Source: Rhabdochlamydiaceae bacterium
GTDB lineage: Bacteria; Chlamydiota; Chlamydiia; Chlamydiales; Rhabdochlamydiaceae
Length of the DNA: 64,000 nt
Direction of reading: 5' to 3'
NCBI GenBank assembly: GCA_017994195.1
Contig: JAGOLG010000001.1
Location: 12,494-76,493, forward strand
The notes beneath the pieces are model-generated. The model ran no database searches. It was not told where the DNA came from and saw nothing but the letters and a program-made list of their open reading frames with translations. Positions 47,449 through 55,897 of the stretch are shown here, piece after piece; position 1 is the first letter of the stretch; each line of letters begins with the position of its first letter. A program made the translations under genes and the position numbers.

Positions 47449-47485
47449 TTTTCCTTATGACATCTTCATTATGCCATAAGGAAAA
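47449..47485 (-). terminator. Hairpin (11-bp stem, 15-nt loop) plus UUUU; its 3' arm contains the prfB SD
   Basis: Minus strand: UUUUCCUUAUG-N15-CAUAAGGAAAA-UUUUC-AUG(prfB). Confidence 0.4.
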
Positions 47486-47517
47486 GAGCGATTCAATCAA
47501 AACGTGCTAAGAGTCAA

Positions 47518-48012
47518 CTATACATGGTAATGCTTACTGATTGTGAATCCCAAAAATTTGGTTGTGGTCATATAGGGTTGGATTCCGCCTCTCGGACATA
47601 AATCAGGGTTGAAAAAGACAGGTCTTTTTCCACAAACCGCTAGAATAATATTGAAAGGCATCATCATTATATTGCCCATTGCTGAGAACATTAATGAGCC
47701 CATCATCCTTCCAGCAATACAGGCAATAATCGCCATGGCAGTTGCATGGCCTGCAAATCCCCCTACAAGCGCGCCTCCGCCTATTAAGATGTAATCCTTT
47801 CGACTAAGATTCTGGTCTTGCTCCAGACATTTCTTTCGAGCAAATAAACCTGCAGCTCCAATTGCGAGATGTGCAATCATTGGATTCACTATTCGGTTAC
47901 GACTCCCCAAAGTAAGTACTATACCTGCTGCAAAACTAGTTACACCAGTTCCAAATGTAATTAACCCTGTACTCATAAACAGACCCCCTTTTGTATTTAA
48001 AGTAATTTCCAT
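47518..48012 (-). CDS. Glycine-rich multi-TM membrane protein, hypothetical
   Basis: ORF track. Four hydrophobic G/A-rich segments. Divergent from the 880-aa Inc-like gene across an AT-rich 134-nt spacer. Confidence 0.5.
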   Translation of the reverse strand: MEITLNTKGGLFMSTGLITFGTGVTSFAAGIVLTLGSRNRIVNPMIAHLAIGAAGLFARKKCLEQDQNLSRKDYILIGGGALVGGFAGHATAMAIIACIAGRMMGSLMFSAMGNIMMMPFNIILAVCGKRPVFFNPDLCPRGGIQPYMTTTKFLGFTISKHYHV

Positions 48013-48146
48013 CTATTATAATTAACTCCTAATTAATTTGAAACATCTGTTATTAGTTATAATTGATTAAAATTATTTATTTACATGTTTTTATTTATCT
48101 TAAAAAATCCTAAAAAAGGTACACTACTTGGACGGAGATAAACCCT

Positions 48147-50789
48147 ATGATGACTGCTCAAAGAAATAATTTGAATCCCCCTGAAGCATCCCGTATTGTT
48201 CTATCAGGTATTACTCCTGATTCTTTAACTCCTGATTCTTTAACTCCTGATATGCAAAGCCAACGAGGTCAAATTAACATTCTTTTCTGTATTGCTGCAG
48301 CTAGCTTAGGAACAGGCGCTGCCCTAGCTCTTAAAGGGATTGCCCCTCGTTTTACGCTCTTGGGTGGGGCTGCAGCAGGTACATTCTTTGCCTTTTACGC
48401 ACGAAATTCTCAGCAAGAGCTCAATGAAAAAAAGATCGCCCGGACTGGGTTTATAAACAATTTCTCCGAACAGACAACCTTTCTTGCGATCAACACTGCC
48501 CTCCAACAAGGCTTCATTACAAAACCAGAGCATAAACAATTTTTGAAAAGCCACATATCTAGGTCCACGAATTTAGAGATTTATGACACCGTTTTACAGG
48601 AAGAAGATGTACGAGAAGTCCTTAAGATGAGATGGGAACAACTCCTGCAAGCAGAAGCTGGCAGCTTATATCCTTTGTTAGAATTTGGCTGCCAAAAGAA
48701 CTTCATAACAGTAGCTGAATGCTTGGAGTTCGTTGGGCAAAAGGTCACCGACACCGCCGATTTCTTTTCATTATTTAGTCAAGTGGCGGAATTATTCGCT
48801 CGAGATTGGAACCATATACGCAGCAATCCTGACATCTTAAACGCTTATAAAACTAAGTTGATTCAGTGTATTGAAAATGGGGTGAACAATCAGTCTGTGA
48901 TGCCCCGCGGTCTTTCGCCCATTCAAGGCTGGTTGAAAAACCTGCAACAATGTTTTTCTGGAGCTGTTTACTATGGTCCCCGTTTAATCCAAGGATTGAG
49001 AGATAACTACATTCATGTGGATGACTGTAGAGCCATTATCCTCAAAATAACGGAGCTTGATTTCTTATCTGCCTATGGCAAACTGTACCAACTTTTCGAA
49101 AGTCAACAGGAAGGGTATGATATAAGTAGAGACCGTGAAGTACTAGGTGCTTTAAGGGTCAAGTGGATTGAGTATTTAGAATCCAAGAAAGTTCTTAAGT
49201 CGAAAACATCTTTTGAAAGCTTGCTGAGTTATAATGGATCGTGTGGATTTGGACTTGATGAAGAGCAAATGAAAGAGATACGTCTTAAGCTAGCTTCTCA
49301 CATATTTAACTCTTGGAGAAAAAAAACGAAACCTATTTATGATCGTAATTTACCTGGTAGAGAATTTGTGTCATCACTCTTGAAATCGATCCCTGATGAT
49401 ACTGAGATTAAGACATATGTCAAAAAAGGACTCCTTGAGTATTTTTATGCACGTATTCGAAGCCAGAAAAATAGTCCTTATGCAGTCCCTGATAGACTTG
49501 AAGACTTAAGAACTCTCGATCCGATATTAGATTCAACCAATCTTACCACTGAAGAAAAACAGCAAATTAAAGACGAAGAAAGACGGAAAATTGAAGATAA
49601 ATTACTTAAAAAGCTTCGAGACTATGAAAATCCTACAGGGTCATTTATCAGCTTTGCCGGCCTTAAGCAGATTTTTGGAACCACTCAAGCTATTTTAGAC
49701 TTTTATCGTCAGAGCCATCAGGATGACGAGTCCAAAATAGCAACTTTCAGGCAAAGATTGATCGAGGGCTATATCTATGATGTGTATGAATTTGCAGATA
49801 TTAAAAGAGGTCCCGATCCTTTTGGAGATGAGTTCATTTCAGAAGACGAGTACTTTAAAAAAGAGAACCTACAGGGACGTTTGATGAAATCTGTTAGGCC
49901 TCATGAACCTTTCAGACCCTATCATTATACGCCTGGCCAGCCTCTCAGGTCATATTATTTTCTCACGCCAGAGGAACTATCAAGAGAAGTGCAAGCAGAG
50001 CAATATATAAAGAATGCTAATGCTGATGAAAAAAGGCAATTACAAGACAGGTTTCAAAATGAAAGGGAGAAAGCAATAGAACGCAGGCCTAATGAAGCAG
50101 ATATGCAAGCGCTTGGAATTACTAGGGAATATATTGAGCAAAACAACCATTTACGATTTCATTTTAAGTATAGAATCTCTACTGTAACACGTCTCTTGGA
50201 TGACAAAATAAGGCCAGAATTTTGTAGGACCGTTAAGAGATATAATTGGGTCGCAGAATTCACTGAAAAATTCTTAGCGGAAATCAAGCTAGAAGACCGT
50301 GAAACATTTGATGTCTTCGGTTATTACAATAAGTATCCAGAACTTTTTGAAGCTGGTATCTTTAGCCGTGAGACACCCCTTACCCAAGGGATTACCATAG
50401 GTCAAAGGATCGACGATCAGTTTCGATCATTACCCTATGAAACACTTAAATCTAGCAGGGTAAACCCCTTCATTGTCACAAAAGATACCCCCCATGTTCA
50501 GCAAATCGCGCTCGAAAGAAGAATGTCTACTTTTAACATTTTGTATTCTGCGACAGAGATCGATGACAAGTTCAGATTTAATGAGTATCCGAGAGCAATT
50601 CAGCAAAGAGTTGAAGTAATCGAATTGTTTTTGCCTGATACATTTAAAGTTACTCTTTCAGAGGCAGCCACTGGCCTCTCGGAATTGATGAAGGATGTAA
50701 ATTGGTTTGATGATGAGACGAAACGAGAAACTGCTCGTCGGATTGTTAACAGCCTTCATGAAGAGTATCAGAGACTACTCCAAGCATAA
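48147..50789 (+). CDS. Large Inc-like protein (880 aa): N-terminal bilobed hydrophobic hairpin and a long helical cytosolic part
   Basis: INILFCIAAASLGTGAALAL-KGIAPR-FTLLGGAAAGTFFAFYA near the N-terminus. No family recognised in the remainder. Confidence 0.6.
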   Translation: MMTAQRNNLNPPEASRIVLSGITPDSLTPDSLTPDMQSQRGQINILFCIAAASLGTGAALALKGIAPRFTLLGGAAAGTFFAFYARNSQQELNEKKIARTGFINNFSEQTTFLAINTALQQGFITKPEHKQFLKSHISRSTNLEIYDTVLQEEDVREVLKMRWEQLLQAEAGSLYPLLEFGCQKNFITVAECLEFVGQKVTDTADFFSLFSQVAELFARDWNHIRSNPDILNAYKTKLIQCIENGVNNQSVMPRGLSPIQGWLKNLQQCFSGAVYYGPRLIQGLRDNYIHVDDCRAIILKITELDFLSAYGKLYQLFESQQEGYDISRDREVLGALRVKWIEYLESKKVLKSKTSFESLLSYNGSCGFGLDEEQMKEIRLKLASHIFNSWRKKTKPIYDRNLPGREFVSSLLKSIPDDTEIKTYVKKGLLEYFYARIRSQKNSPYAVPDRLEDLRTLDPILDSTNLTTEEKQQIKDEERRKIEDKLLKKLRDYENPTGSFISFAGLKQIFGTTQAILDFYRQSHQDDESKIATFRQRLIEGYIYDVYEFADIKRGPDPFGDEFISEDEYFKKENLQGRLMKSVRPHEPFRPYHYTPGQPLRSYYFLTPEELSREVQAEQYIKNANADEKRQLQDRFQNEREKAIERRPNEADMQALGITREYIEQNNHLRFHFKYRISTVTRLLDDKIRPEFCRTVKRYNWVAEFTEKFLAEIKLEDRETFDVFGYYNKYPELFEAGIFSRETPLTQGITIGQRIDDQFRSLPYETLKSSRVNPFIVTKDTPHVQQIALERRMSTFNILYSATEIDDKFRFNEYPRAIQQRVEVIELFLPDTFKVTLSEAATGLSELMKDVNWFDDETKRETARRIVNSLHEEYQRLLQA
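48213..48251 (+). repeat. 15-nt tandem repeat, 2.6 copies (actcctgattcttta), encoding TPDSL-TPDSL-TPD
   Basis: Perfect copies at 48213-48227 and 48228-48242, and a partial copy at 48243-48251. Confidence 0.9.
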
Positions 50790-50858
50790 CGAAAAAACCT
50801 ATACAGAAAGCAAACTGGATTCTATAATCCATTCTTTTTACCAAAATTGGAGGACTCC

Positions 50859-51158
50859 ATGTTCAGCACTGCATTAGCCTATGCCAAAAGTGGGGCAAAT
50901 TGGTTCGATGGAAACATCAAAGCAATTCCATATGCTGGGAAAGCTTACACTTTGTTTATCGAAAACGTCGGCAAACCTGGCTGGGATTTAGCCTGCAAGA
51001 CAAGGGATGCTGCAGCACCTCATTTCAATAAGATCAAAGATCCTGTTATGGAAAAAGCCACTAAACATCCTCATGTAGCTATTGCTGTTGGAGGAATTCT
51101 AGCATTAGGACTTGTGCGAGCAATTTATAGAAATTACATCAACTCACAAAATCCCTAA
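50859..51158 (+). CDS. Small hypothetical protein with a C-terminal TM segment
   Basis: GGAGGA lies 4 nt upstream of ATG 50859. TM segment HVAIAVGGILALGLVRAIY. Confidence 0.4.
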   Translation: MFSTALAYAKSGANWFDGNIKAIPYAGKAYTLFIENVGKPGWDLACKTRDAAAPHFNKIKDPVMEKATKHPHVAIAVGGILALGLVRAIYRNYINSQNP

Positions 51159-51165
51159 GACCCGC

Positions 51166-51191
51166 TGCGTCTTCAGCTATGAAGACGCTTT
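51166..51191 (+). terminator. Rho-independent terminator (9-bp stem, GCTA loop, T-run)
   Basis: gcgtcttca-gcta-tgaagacgc-ttttctatttt. It overlaps the stop and last codons of the convergent UDPGP-like gene. Confidence 0.6.
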
Positions 51192-53290
51192 TCTATTTTG
51201 ATCGTGTTATCTCGTGAGAGTTGATAATCCCAATTCCAAGTAGGCTTATCGATTTTTTCGAAATGAAACTCTAGAGCACCTTCTCTTTCTTGTGCATAAC
51301 ATCTCATGCCGTGCGGCACTTCAATGAAGTGATCTCCTTTGAGCGTGATGTTTTCTGCATAAAACTCACTCATTCCTCGGAGAATAATCTGACACACTTC
51401 CTGACGGGCAATCTCATTCTTCCAGAAAACATTGGGAAGGTCGTGATCGATCCCTTTGTTTGAAATGACTACATTTTTCAAAACACAGCGGCCGACTCGT
51501 TCCGAATAAACTAAACGTTTATCTGTTTCTTTATGTCCCATGATCGATTCTGCTTGAACAAGCAAGCTTCCATCGATGATAACGTTTTCAAAATCGATCT
51601 CGCTGATTTGAAGCTGAACCTCACTGCCCGTATGAAGCTTCCCGCCGCGCCATTTTTGCCCAATCACTGAATACAGCGGCCCTAGCGCCGGATGATAAAG
51701 CGCAATAAAAGAAGGTCCATTCTCAAAGAATTGGAGCGGATCGCTGACCGGCGGGACTTGCACATGACATTTCGTCGTTAACACATCGCGTACATTCTGC
51801 AGGATATCAAGAAAACAACCTTCCGGCGTCTCTAAAAGAGACGATCCTAATGTAAATTCTCGTTTCACAGCAGAGATCGTTTTTCTCCTGTGGTTATACG
51901 TGAGATAAGTTTGAAGTGCATCCCGATCGCCTTCTTTTAGCGGCGCCTCAAACGTTTCATCCATAAAGTCGGCCAGGTTTTGCATGGTCGATTCAAGACG
52001 AGCGGCTTCTTCATCTTTTTTAAACCCTTCCGCAGTTCTGTAGGTGATTTTTTTCATGTTCACCAAAATTCCTGGGATGGGACATTTTTTCACAGCATCT
52101 AAAACAGCGTTGATATCAACAAATAAGATGTTTGTGTTGGAAGGAAATTTAGAATAAGAGCTTCCAGGGCGCTCCGGCTTATCTTGTATTCCAAACTTCT
52201 TAAAATCACAGTATTCGATATTGGTCAGCGTATATTTATATCCTTCCTCTGTAGCTGTCTCAATCAGAACGTTCACGCCCTCTGAAGCTTTGACTTGCCT
52301 TGAACAAGATGCAAATCCAAAGCGTTTGTCGCCCTGGCAGCCCACGCCTGTAAAGGCTAAAAGGCCGTCATCGGTATTTGCAACAGGGTTGTTCACTTGC
52401 CTGATTAAAGCTTTTCTTCTTCCTAAGCTCTGCATCCAAGTGAAAACTCCTTCTTCTTGAGCCAGGCGCCAGAGAACTCCATGTCCTCCTGGTTTCATTA
52501 GCAGCTGCTGAGGCCCTTGCAAACACCACGATCCTTCACGATTGATTGTTGGAACAAGCGGCTGGCAGAAAAGACGGAACATCTCTTTAGGCCGTCCAAA
52601 CCACTCTGCCTCTTCACAAATCTCCATGATATGATCATGGTTATTCTTCTCATGCGATGTCATCATTGCAATAGGTGTTGTAACCTGTACACTGAATAGC
52701 TTGTAGTGAAGATATTCTTGCGATTGCAGATCATCCATAAGCCCTTGGAGAAGCGTCTTCCCAAGAAATGGAAGCCTAGCCGCAGGAAGCGGCTGATTCG
52801 TTTTTTCATCATAGAGCCGAAGTCGATCTGCTGCCCCTCCCAGTGGAAACATTTCACCCATGAGAGGCAGGCCCCGAATCCCTTCTATCGCCCACTTCTC
52901 ACTTTTTTCAGCAATAGAAACCCCTTCCGGCGCAAGATATCTCGTCTTAGAGAGCCCTTTAGATTCTTGCATATTCAGCAATTCTATCATCCGCGCATGA
53001 TACCCAATGATACCGCCTATCGATGCATAAAATTGCTCTACATTCACGAGCTGGCCCAGGAGCGGTATGATTTTTTTTAACTCAACCGAAGTTAAAAGTC
53101 TTTCTCCTTGTCCTGCCGCGATGAGTGAAAGAAGCGCTAGCTGATGGCTCTCTTCTAATTGCTCTATTAAAGAAGCCGTCTCAACCGATCGCACCAAAAA
53201 ATTTTCCACAGAACCGCTGCTTCTTAAAAGATTAATTTTCTCTCTAGAAGAGGCGCAACCAGCAAGCTCCTGGGCAAGTAAATGAAACAT
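51173..53290 (-). CDS. UDPGP-family sugar-1-phosphate nucleotidyltransferase-like protein with a C-terminal extension
   Basis: FPLGGAADRLRL and LMKPGGHGVLW resemble the GGxGxRLG and PxGxG motifs of eukaryote-type UDP-sugar pyrophosphorylases. 705 aa. Confidence 0.55.
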   Translation of the reverse strand: MFHLLAQELAGCASSREKINLLRSSGSVENFLVRSVETASLIEQLEESHQLALLSLIAAGQGERLLTSVELKKIIPLLGQLVNVEQFYASIGGIIGYHARMIELLNMQESKGLSKTRYLAPEGVSIAEKSEKWAIEGIRGLPLMGEMFPLGGAADRLRLYDEKTNQPLPAARLPFLGKTLLQGLMDDLQSQEYLHYKLFSVQVTTPIAMMTSHEKNNHDHIMEICEEAEWFGRPKEMFRLFCQPLVPTINREGSWCLQGPQQLLMKPGGHGVLWRLAQEEGVFTWMQSLGRRKALIRQVNNPVANTDDGLLAFTGVGCQGDKRFGFASCSRQVKASEGVNVLIETATEEGYKYTLTNIEYCDFKKFGIQDKPERPGSSYSKFPSNTNILFVDINAVLDAVKKCPIPGILVNMKKITYRTAEGFKKDEEAARLESTMQNLADFMDETFEAPLKEGDRDALQTYLTYNHRRKTISAVKREFTLGSSLLETPEGCFLDILQNVRDVLTTKCHVQVPPVSDPLQFFENGPSFIALYHPALGPLYSVIGQKWRGGKLHTGSEVQLQISEIDFENVIIDGSLLVQAESIMGHKETDKRLVYSERVGRCVLKNVVISNKGIDHDLPNVFWKNEIARQEVCQIILRGMSEFYAENITLKGDHFIEVPHGMRCYAQEREGALEFHFEKIDKPTWNWDYQLSRDNTIKIEKRLHS

Positions 53291-53496
53291 AATCCTCCAT
53301 GCATACCCGATAGAGAGGAAAAACGCAAGTCAAGAGAACCTCAAAGAAAAAAAATACATCCACTAAGCTGATTTTTTTTGACTATAATACCCGAAGACGG
53401 TTACAAGAGACATACGAGGAAAATAAAGAACCTCAACGGTCTATCTCATCGAAGGTATCGATAGATAGCAAGCCACAAACATATAAGGAGTTGGAA

Positions 53497-53751
53497 ATGG
53501 CAAAGAAACAATCCAAATTCATGCAACCAATGCGTCTGAGCGAAGATCTTAAAGCTGTCGTAGGAGCAGGACCACTACCACGCACAGAAGTCACAAAAAA
53601 ACTCTGGGCATATATTAAATCAAAAAAATGCCAAGACCCTAAAAATAAGCGCAATATCATTGCAGACGAAAAGCTTGTAAAAGTTTTCGGTGGCAAAAAA
53701 ACAGTTAACATGTTTGAAATGACAAAACTCGTCAACAAACACCTTTCCTAG
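53497..53751 (+). CDS. SWIB/MDM2 domain protein
   Basis: MRLSEDLKAVVGAGPLPRTEVTKKLWAYIKSKKCQDPKNKRNIIADEKLVKVFG. AAGGAG lies 6 nt upstream of ATG 53497. Confidence 0.9.
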   Translation: MAKKQSKFMQPMRLSEDLKAVVGAGPLPRTEVTKKLWAYIKSKKCQDPKNKRNIIADEKLVKVFGGKKTVNMFEMTKLVNKHLS

Positions 53752-53760
53752 TTTTTTCTT

Positions 53761-53798
53761 GGAGGGGCATGGTTTTCCTGTGCTCCTCTCCCTTTTTT
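53761..53798 (+). terminator. Imperfect hairpin plus T-run downstream of the SWIB gene
   Basis: ggaggggca...tgctcctctcc followed by cttttttct. Confidence 0.4.
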
Positions 53799-53814
53799 CT
53801 GCTATACTTTCTTC

Positions 53815-54567
53815 GTGGACAACTCGAAATTAAAATATAAACTACTCATCTCTTATGACGGAACCCTCTATGGCGGATGGCAAATCCAACCCAATGCCGT
53901 GTCGATTCAGGCGCATCTGGAAAATGCCCTCCAAATTGCCCTCCGGCAAAAAACAGCCGTCTTCGCCTCTGGAAGAACCGATGCCGGCGTCCATGCTAAA
54001 GGACAAGTCGCACACTTTACAGCCCCTCCCACCGACCTACAATACCTCCTGCGAGCCCTCAATGGCATCTTGCCCGTCGATATCCGGATCCTAACTATTG
54101 AAAACGCTCCCCACGAATTCCATGCCCGCTATTCTGCGCTCTCAAAAGAGTATCACTACCACATCCATCTTGATTGGGCGCTCGATCCTTTTAAAAGACT
54201 TTATGCCTACCATCACCCCTACGCCCTGGATCTCACCCTCATGGAAAAAGCAATTCCTTTTTTTATCGGCACTCATGACTTCACATCCTTTGCCAATGAA
54301 GCCTCTAAAGGCAGCGCTGCAAAAAATCCCGTCCGAACTCTCACACGCCTAGATCTCATCCGCATGCCAGAAGGTGTCCGCCTGGAGTTTGAAGGCACTG
54401 GCTTTCTTTACAAAATGGTTCGCAACATTACAGGAACACTTCTCGATGTCGGCCGTAAGAAAATCTCTCCTGAAAAAATCCCCGACCTCTTTGCCCTCAA
54501 AGACCGCAGACAAATGAGCTGCTCCGCCCCTCCGCAAGGCCTCTTCCTCATGAAAGTGAATTATTGA
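53815..54567 (+). CDS. truA: tRNA pseudouridine(38-40) synthase
   Basis: KLLISYDGTLYGGWQIQPN, ASGRTDAGVHAKGQV, GTGFLYKMVRNI. GTG start. Confidence 0.9.
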   Translation: MDNSKLKYKLLISYDGTLYGGWQIQPNAVSIQAHLENALQIALRQKTAVFASGRTDAGVHAKGQVAHFTAPPTDLQYLLRALNGILPVDIRILTIENAPHEFHARYSALSKEYHYHIHLDWALDPFKRLYAYHHPYALDLTLMEKAIPFFIGTHDFTSFANEASKGSAAKNPVRTLTRLDLIRMPEGVRLEFEGTGFLYKMVRNITGTLLDVGRKKISPEKIPDLFALKDRRQMSCSAPPQGLFLMKVNY

Positions 54568-54602
54568 TAAAAGCCGATCTGACAGATCCTCTTTCTGTGT
54601 AG

Positions 54603-55062
54603 AAAAGACCCGAGTCGAGGCCCTAGTTAGGCCCGAGTCACTTGAAGACAAAATCTTGAATTTATTACGTCAGGGATCCTTATTAAAGGTGGAGATTGCA
54701 CATCATCTATCATAGTCGCATTTCCTGGAGGTTTGAAAAAGATTCTCATACAACTTGTCAAAAGCGAACGAATTAGATTAGCGATCCCTGAAAAACCCAA
54801 TAGCCGGCTCCAAAAATATCAAATTAACCTATCTAAAAGGCCCGAGTCAAGGCCCGAGTCACTTGAAGACAAGATCTTAAATTTGTTACGTCAAGGATCC
54901 CTATCAAAGGTGGAGATTGCCCATCATCTAGGACATGGTCATATTTCTGGAGGTTTGAAAAAAGCCCTCTTCAAGCTTATCAAAAATGCATCAATAGAAT
55001 TAACGATTCCGGAAAAGCCGAGCAGCAGATTCCAAAAGTACCGGATTTCTTCTGATGCTTAA
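54603..55062 (+). pseudogene. Two tandem, diverged copies of a C-terminal winged-helix fragment (..ILNLLRQGSLSKVEIAHHLG..GGLKKAL..L..IPEKP(N/S)SR(L/F)QKY(Q/R)I)
   Basis: Copy 1 (about 54603-54835) has an in-frame stop (tcaTAGtc at about 54713). Copy 2 (about 54836-55062) is intact. Only 54733..55062 is open (109 aa). There is no N-terminal catalytic or DNA-binding part. Confidence 0.5.
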
Positions 55063-55745
55063 AGCACTTCGTTCAATGCGATAAATGAAGGCACCATTAA
55101 TAGCTGTGGTTGATGAAATCCTACCAGCTGAGGATGCGAAGGCGTGCATATCAAGACTGTATTCTCTACACCTGCTTGCTCAAGCGCCTTTAAACCCCTT
55201 AATGAATCTTCAAAGCCTATGACCCGGTCTTGCGGTCTTTTAAGCTCTTGAAGGGCTTTTAAGTACCCATCCGGAGCGGGTTTAGGATTTGTGTAAGACT
55301 CTCTAGTGAACCAATAAGGAATGGTTTGTAAAACGGGGATATGGGATTTGATCAGTTCGATTTGAGGCAGGGTTGAGTTTGTGACAACGCATCGTTTCTT
55401 GTTCTCTGCAGCAAGCTTTTCAAGAAGCGGTTGAACACCCGGGAGAAGAGAAAGATTCCCGCTTTGAAGCAACTTTTGATAGATCGATTTTTTCTCAGAA
55501 TAAAGAACATCCCAGGATGTTCCATCAAGCATTTGAGGGAATAGCCGCTCGATTTCGTTACGTATGCCTAAAGCGCTTGTATGGGCAATATTGAAAAATT
55601 GATCTAAAGTCCATGGAAGCTTGCAATCGTATTTGGCGCACAGCTGTTGATAGGCTTCAAAATGGAACCCTTCGGTATCAACTAAGAGCCCGTCGAAATC
55701 GAACAGAAATAAGTCAAATTTGTTTATCCAATCCATAATAACCAT
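55059..55745 (-). CDS. HAD-superfamily hydrolase (phosphoglycolate phosphatase / beta-phosphoglucomutase-like)
   Basis: LFLFDFDGLLVDTE (DxDG motif I), VVTNS (motif II), FEDSLRGLKA (motif IV). Confidence 0.8.
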   Translation of the reverse strand: MVIMDWINKFDLFLFDFDGLLVDTEGFHFEAYQQLCAKYDCKLPWTLDQFFNIAHTSALGIRNEIERLFPQMLDGTSWDVLYSEKKSIYQKLLQSGNLSLLPGVQPLLEKLAAENKKRCVVTNSTLPQIELIKSHIPVLQTIPYWFTRESYTNPKPAPDGYLKALQELKRPQDRVIGFEDSLRGLKALEQAGVENTVLICTPSHPQLVGFHQPQLLMVPSFIALNEVL

Positions 55746-55857
55746 TTTAGTAACTGGACTCCTCTCTGGCGGGCAGCTTCGCTGGCCGTCCCGAGAGCCG
55801 GCTAAAGCCGCAAGCGGCCTTCACTTCTCGTCCAGACGAGAGGCCATACTATGGCCT
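55746..55857 (-). promoter_or_regulatory. GC-rich multi-hairpin 5' leader of the HAD gene (candidate cis-regulatory RNA or small ncRNA)
   Basis: Helices: 55841-55857 (7 bp); 55761-55769 with 55832-55843 (9 bp plus a 3-nt bulge); 55774-55784; 55807-55818; 55792-55797 with 55825-55830. The enclosing helix pairs the SD-like GAGAGGAG. Confidence 0.35.
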
Positions 55858-55860
55858 GCT

Positions 55861-55897
55861 TCATCGGCAAAAAATAAGGGAGCTTACGCTCCCTTTT
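55861..55897 (-). terminator. Rho-independent terminator directly after tRNA-Leu
   Basis: Minus strand: AAAAGGGAGC-GUAA-GCUCCCUU-AUUUUUUG. Confidence 0.65.

Noticed and set aside
48213-48251. A short perfect direct repeat considered as a CRISPR array or other array.
   Set aside because: There are only 2.6 contiguous 15-nt units with no spacers, in frame within a CDS. It is a coding micro-/minisatellite.
55746-55860. The GC-rich segment considered as SRP (4.5S) RNA or as a known riboswitch class (TPP, ZTP, guanidine, c-di-GMP).
   Set aside because: I could not find the SRP domain IV signature (GGAA-type tetraloop flanked by AGCA and GGUCC-like symmetric-loop bases), nor the diagnostic cores of those riboswitches. 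It is kept only as an unclassified structured leader.
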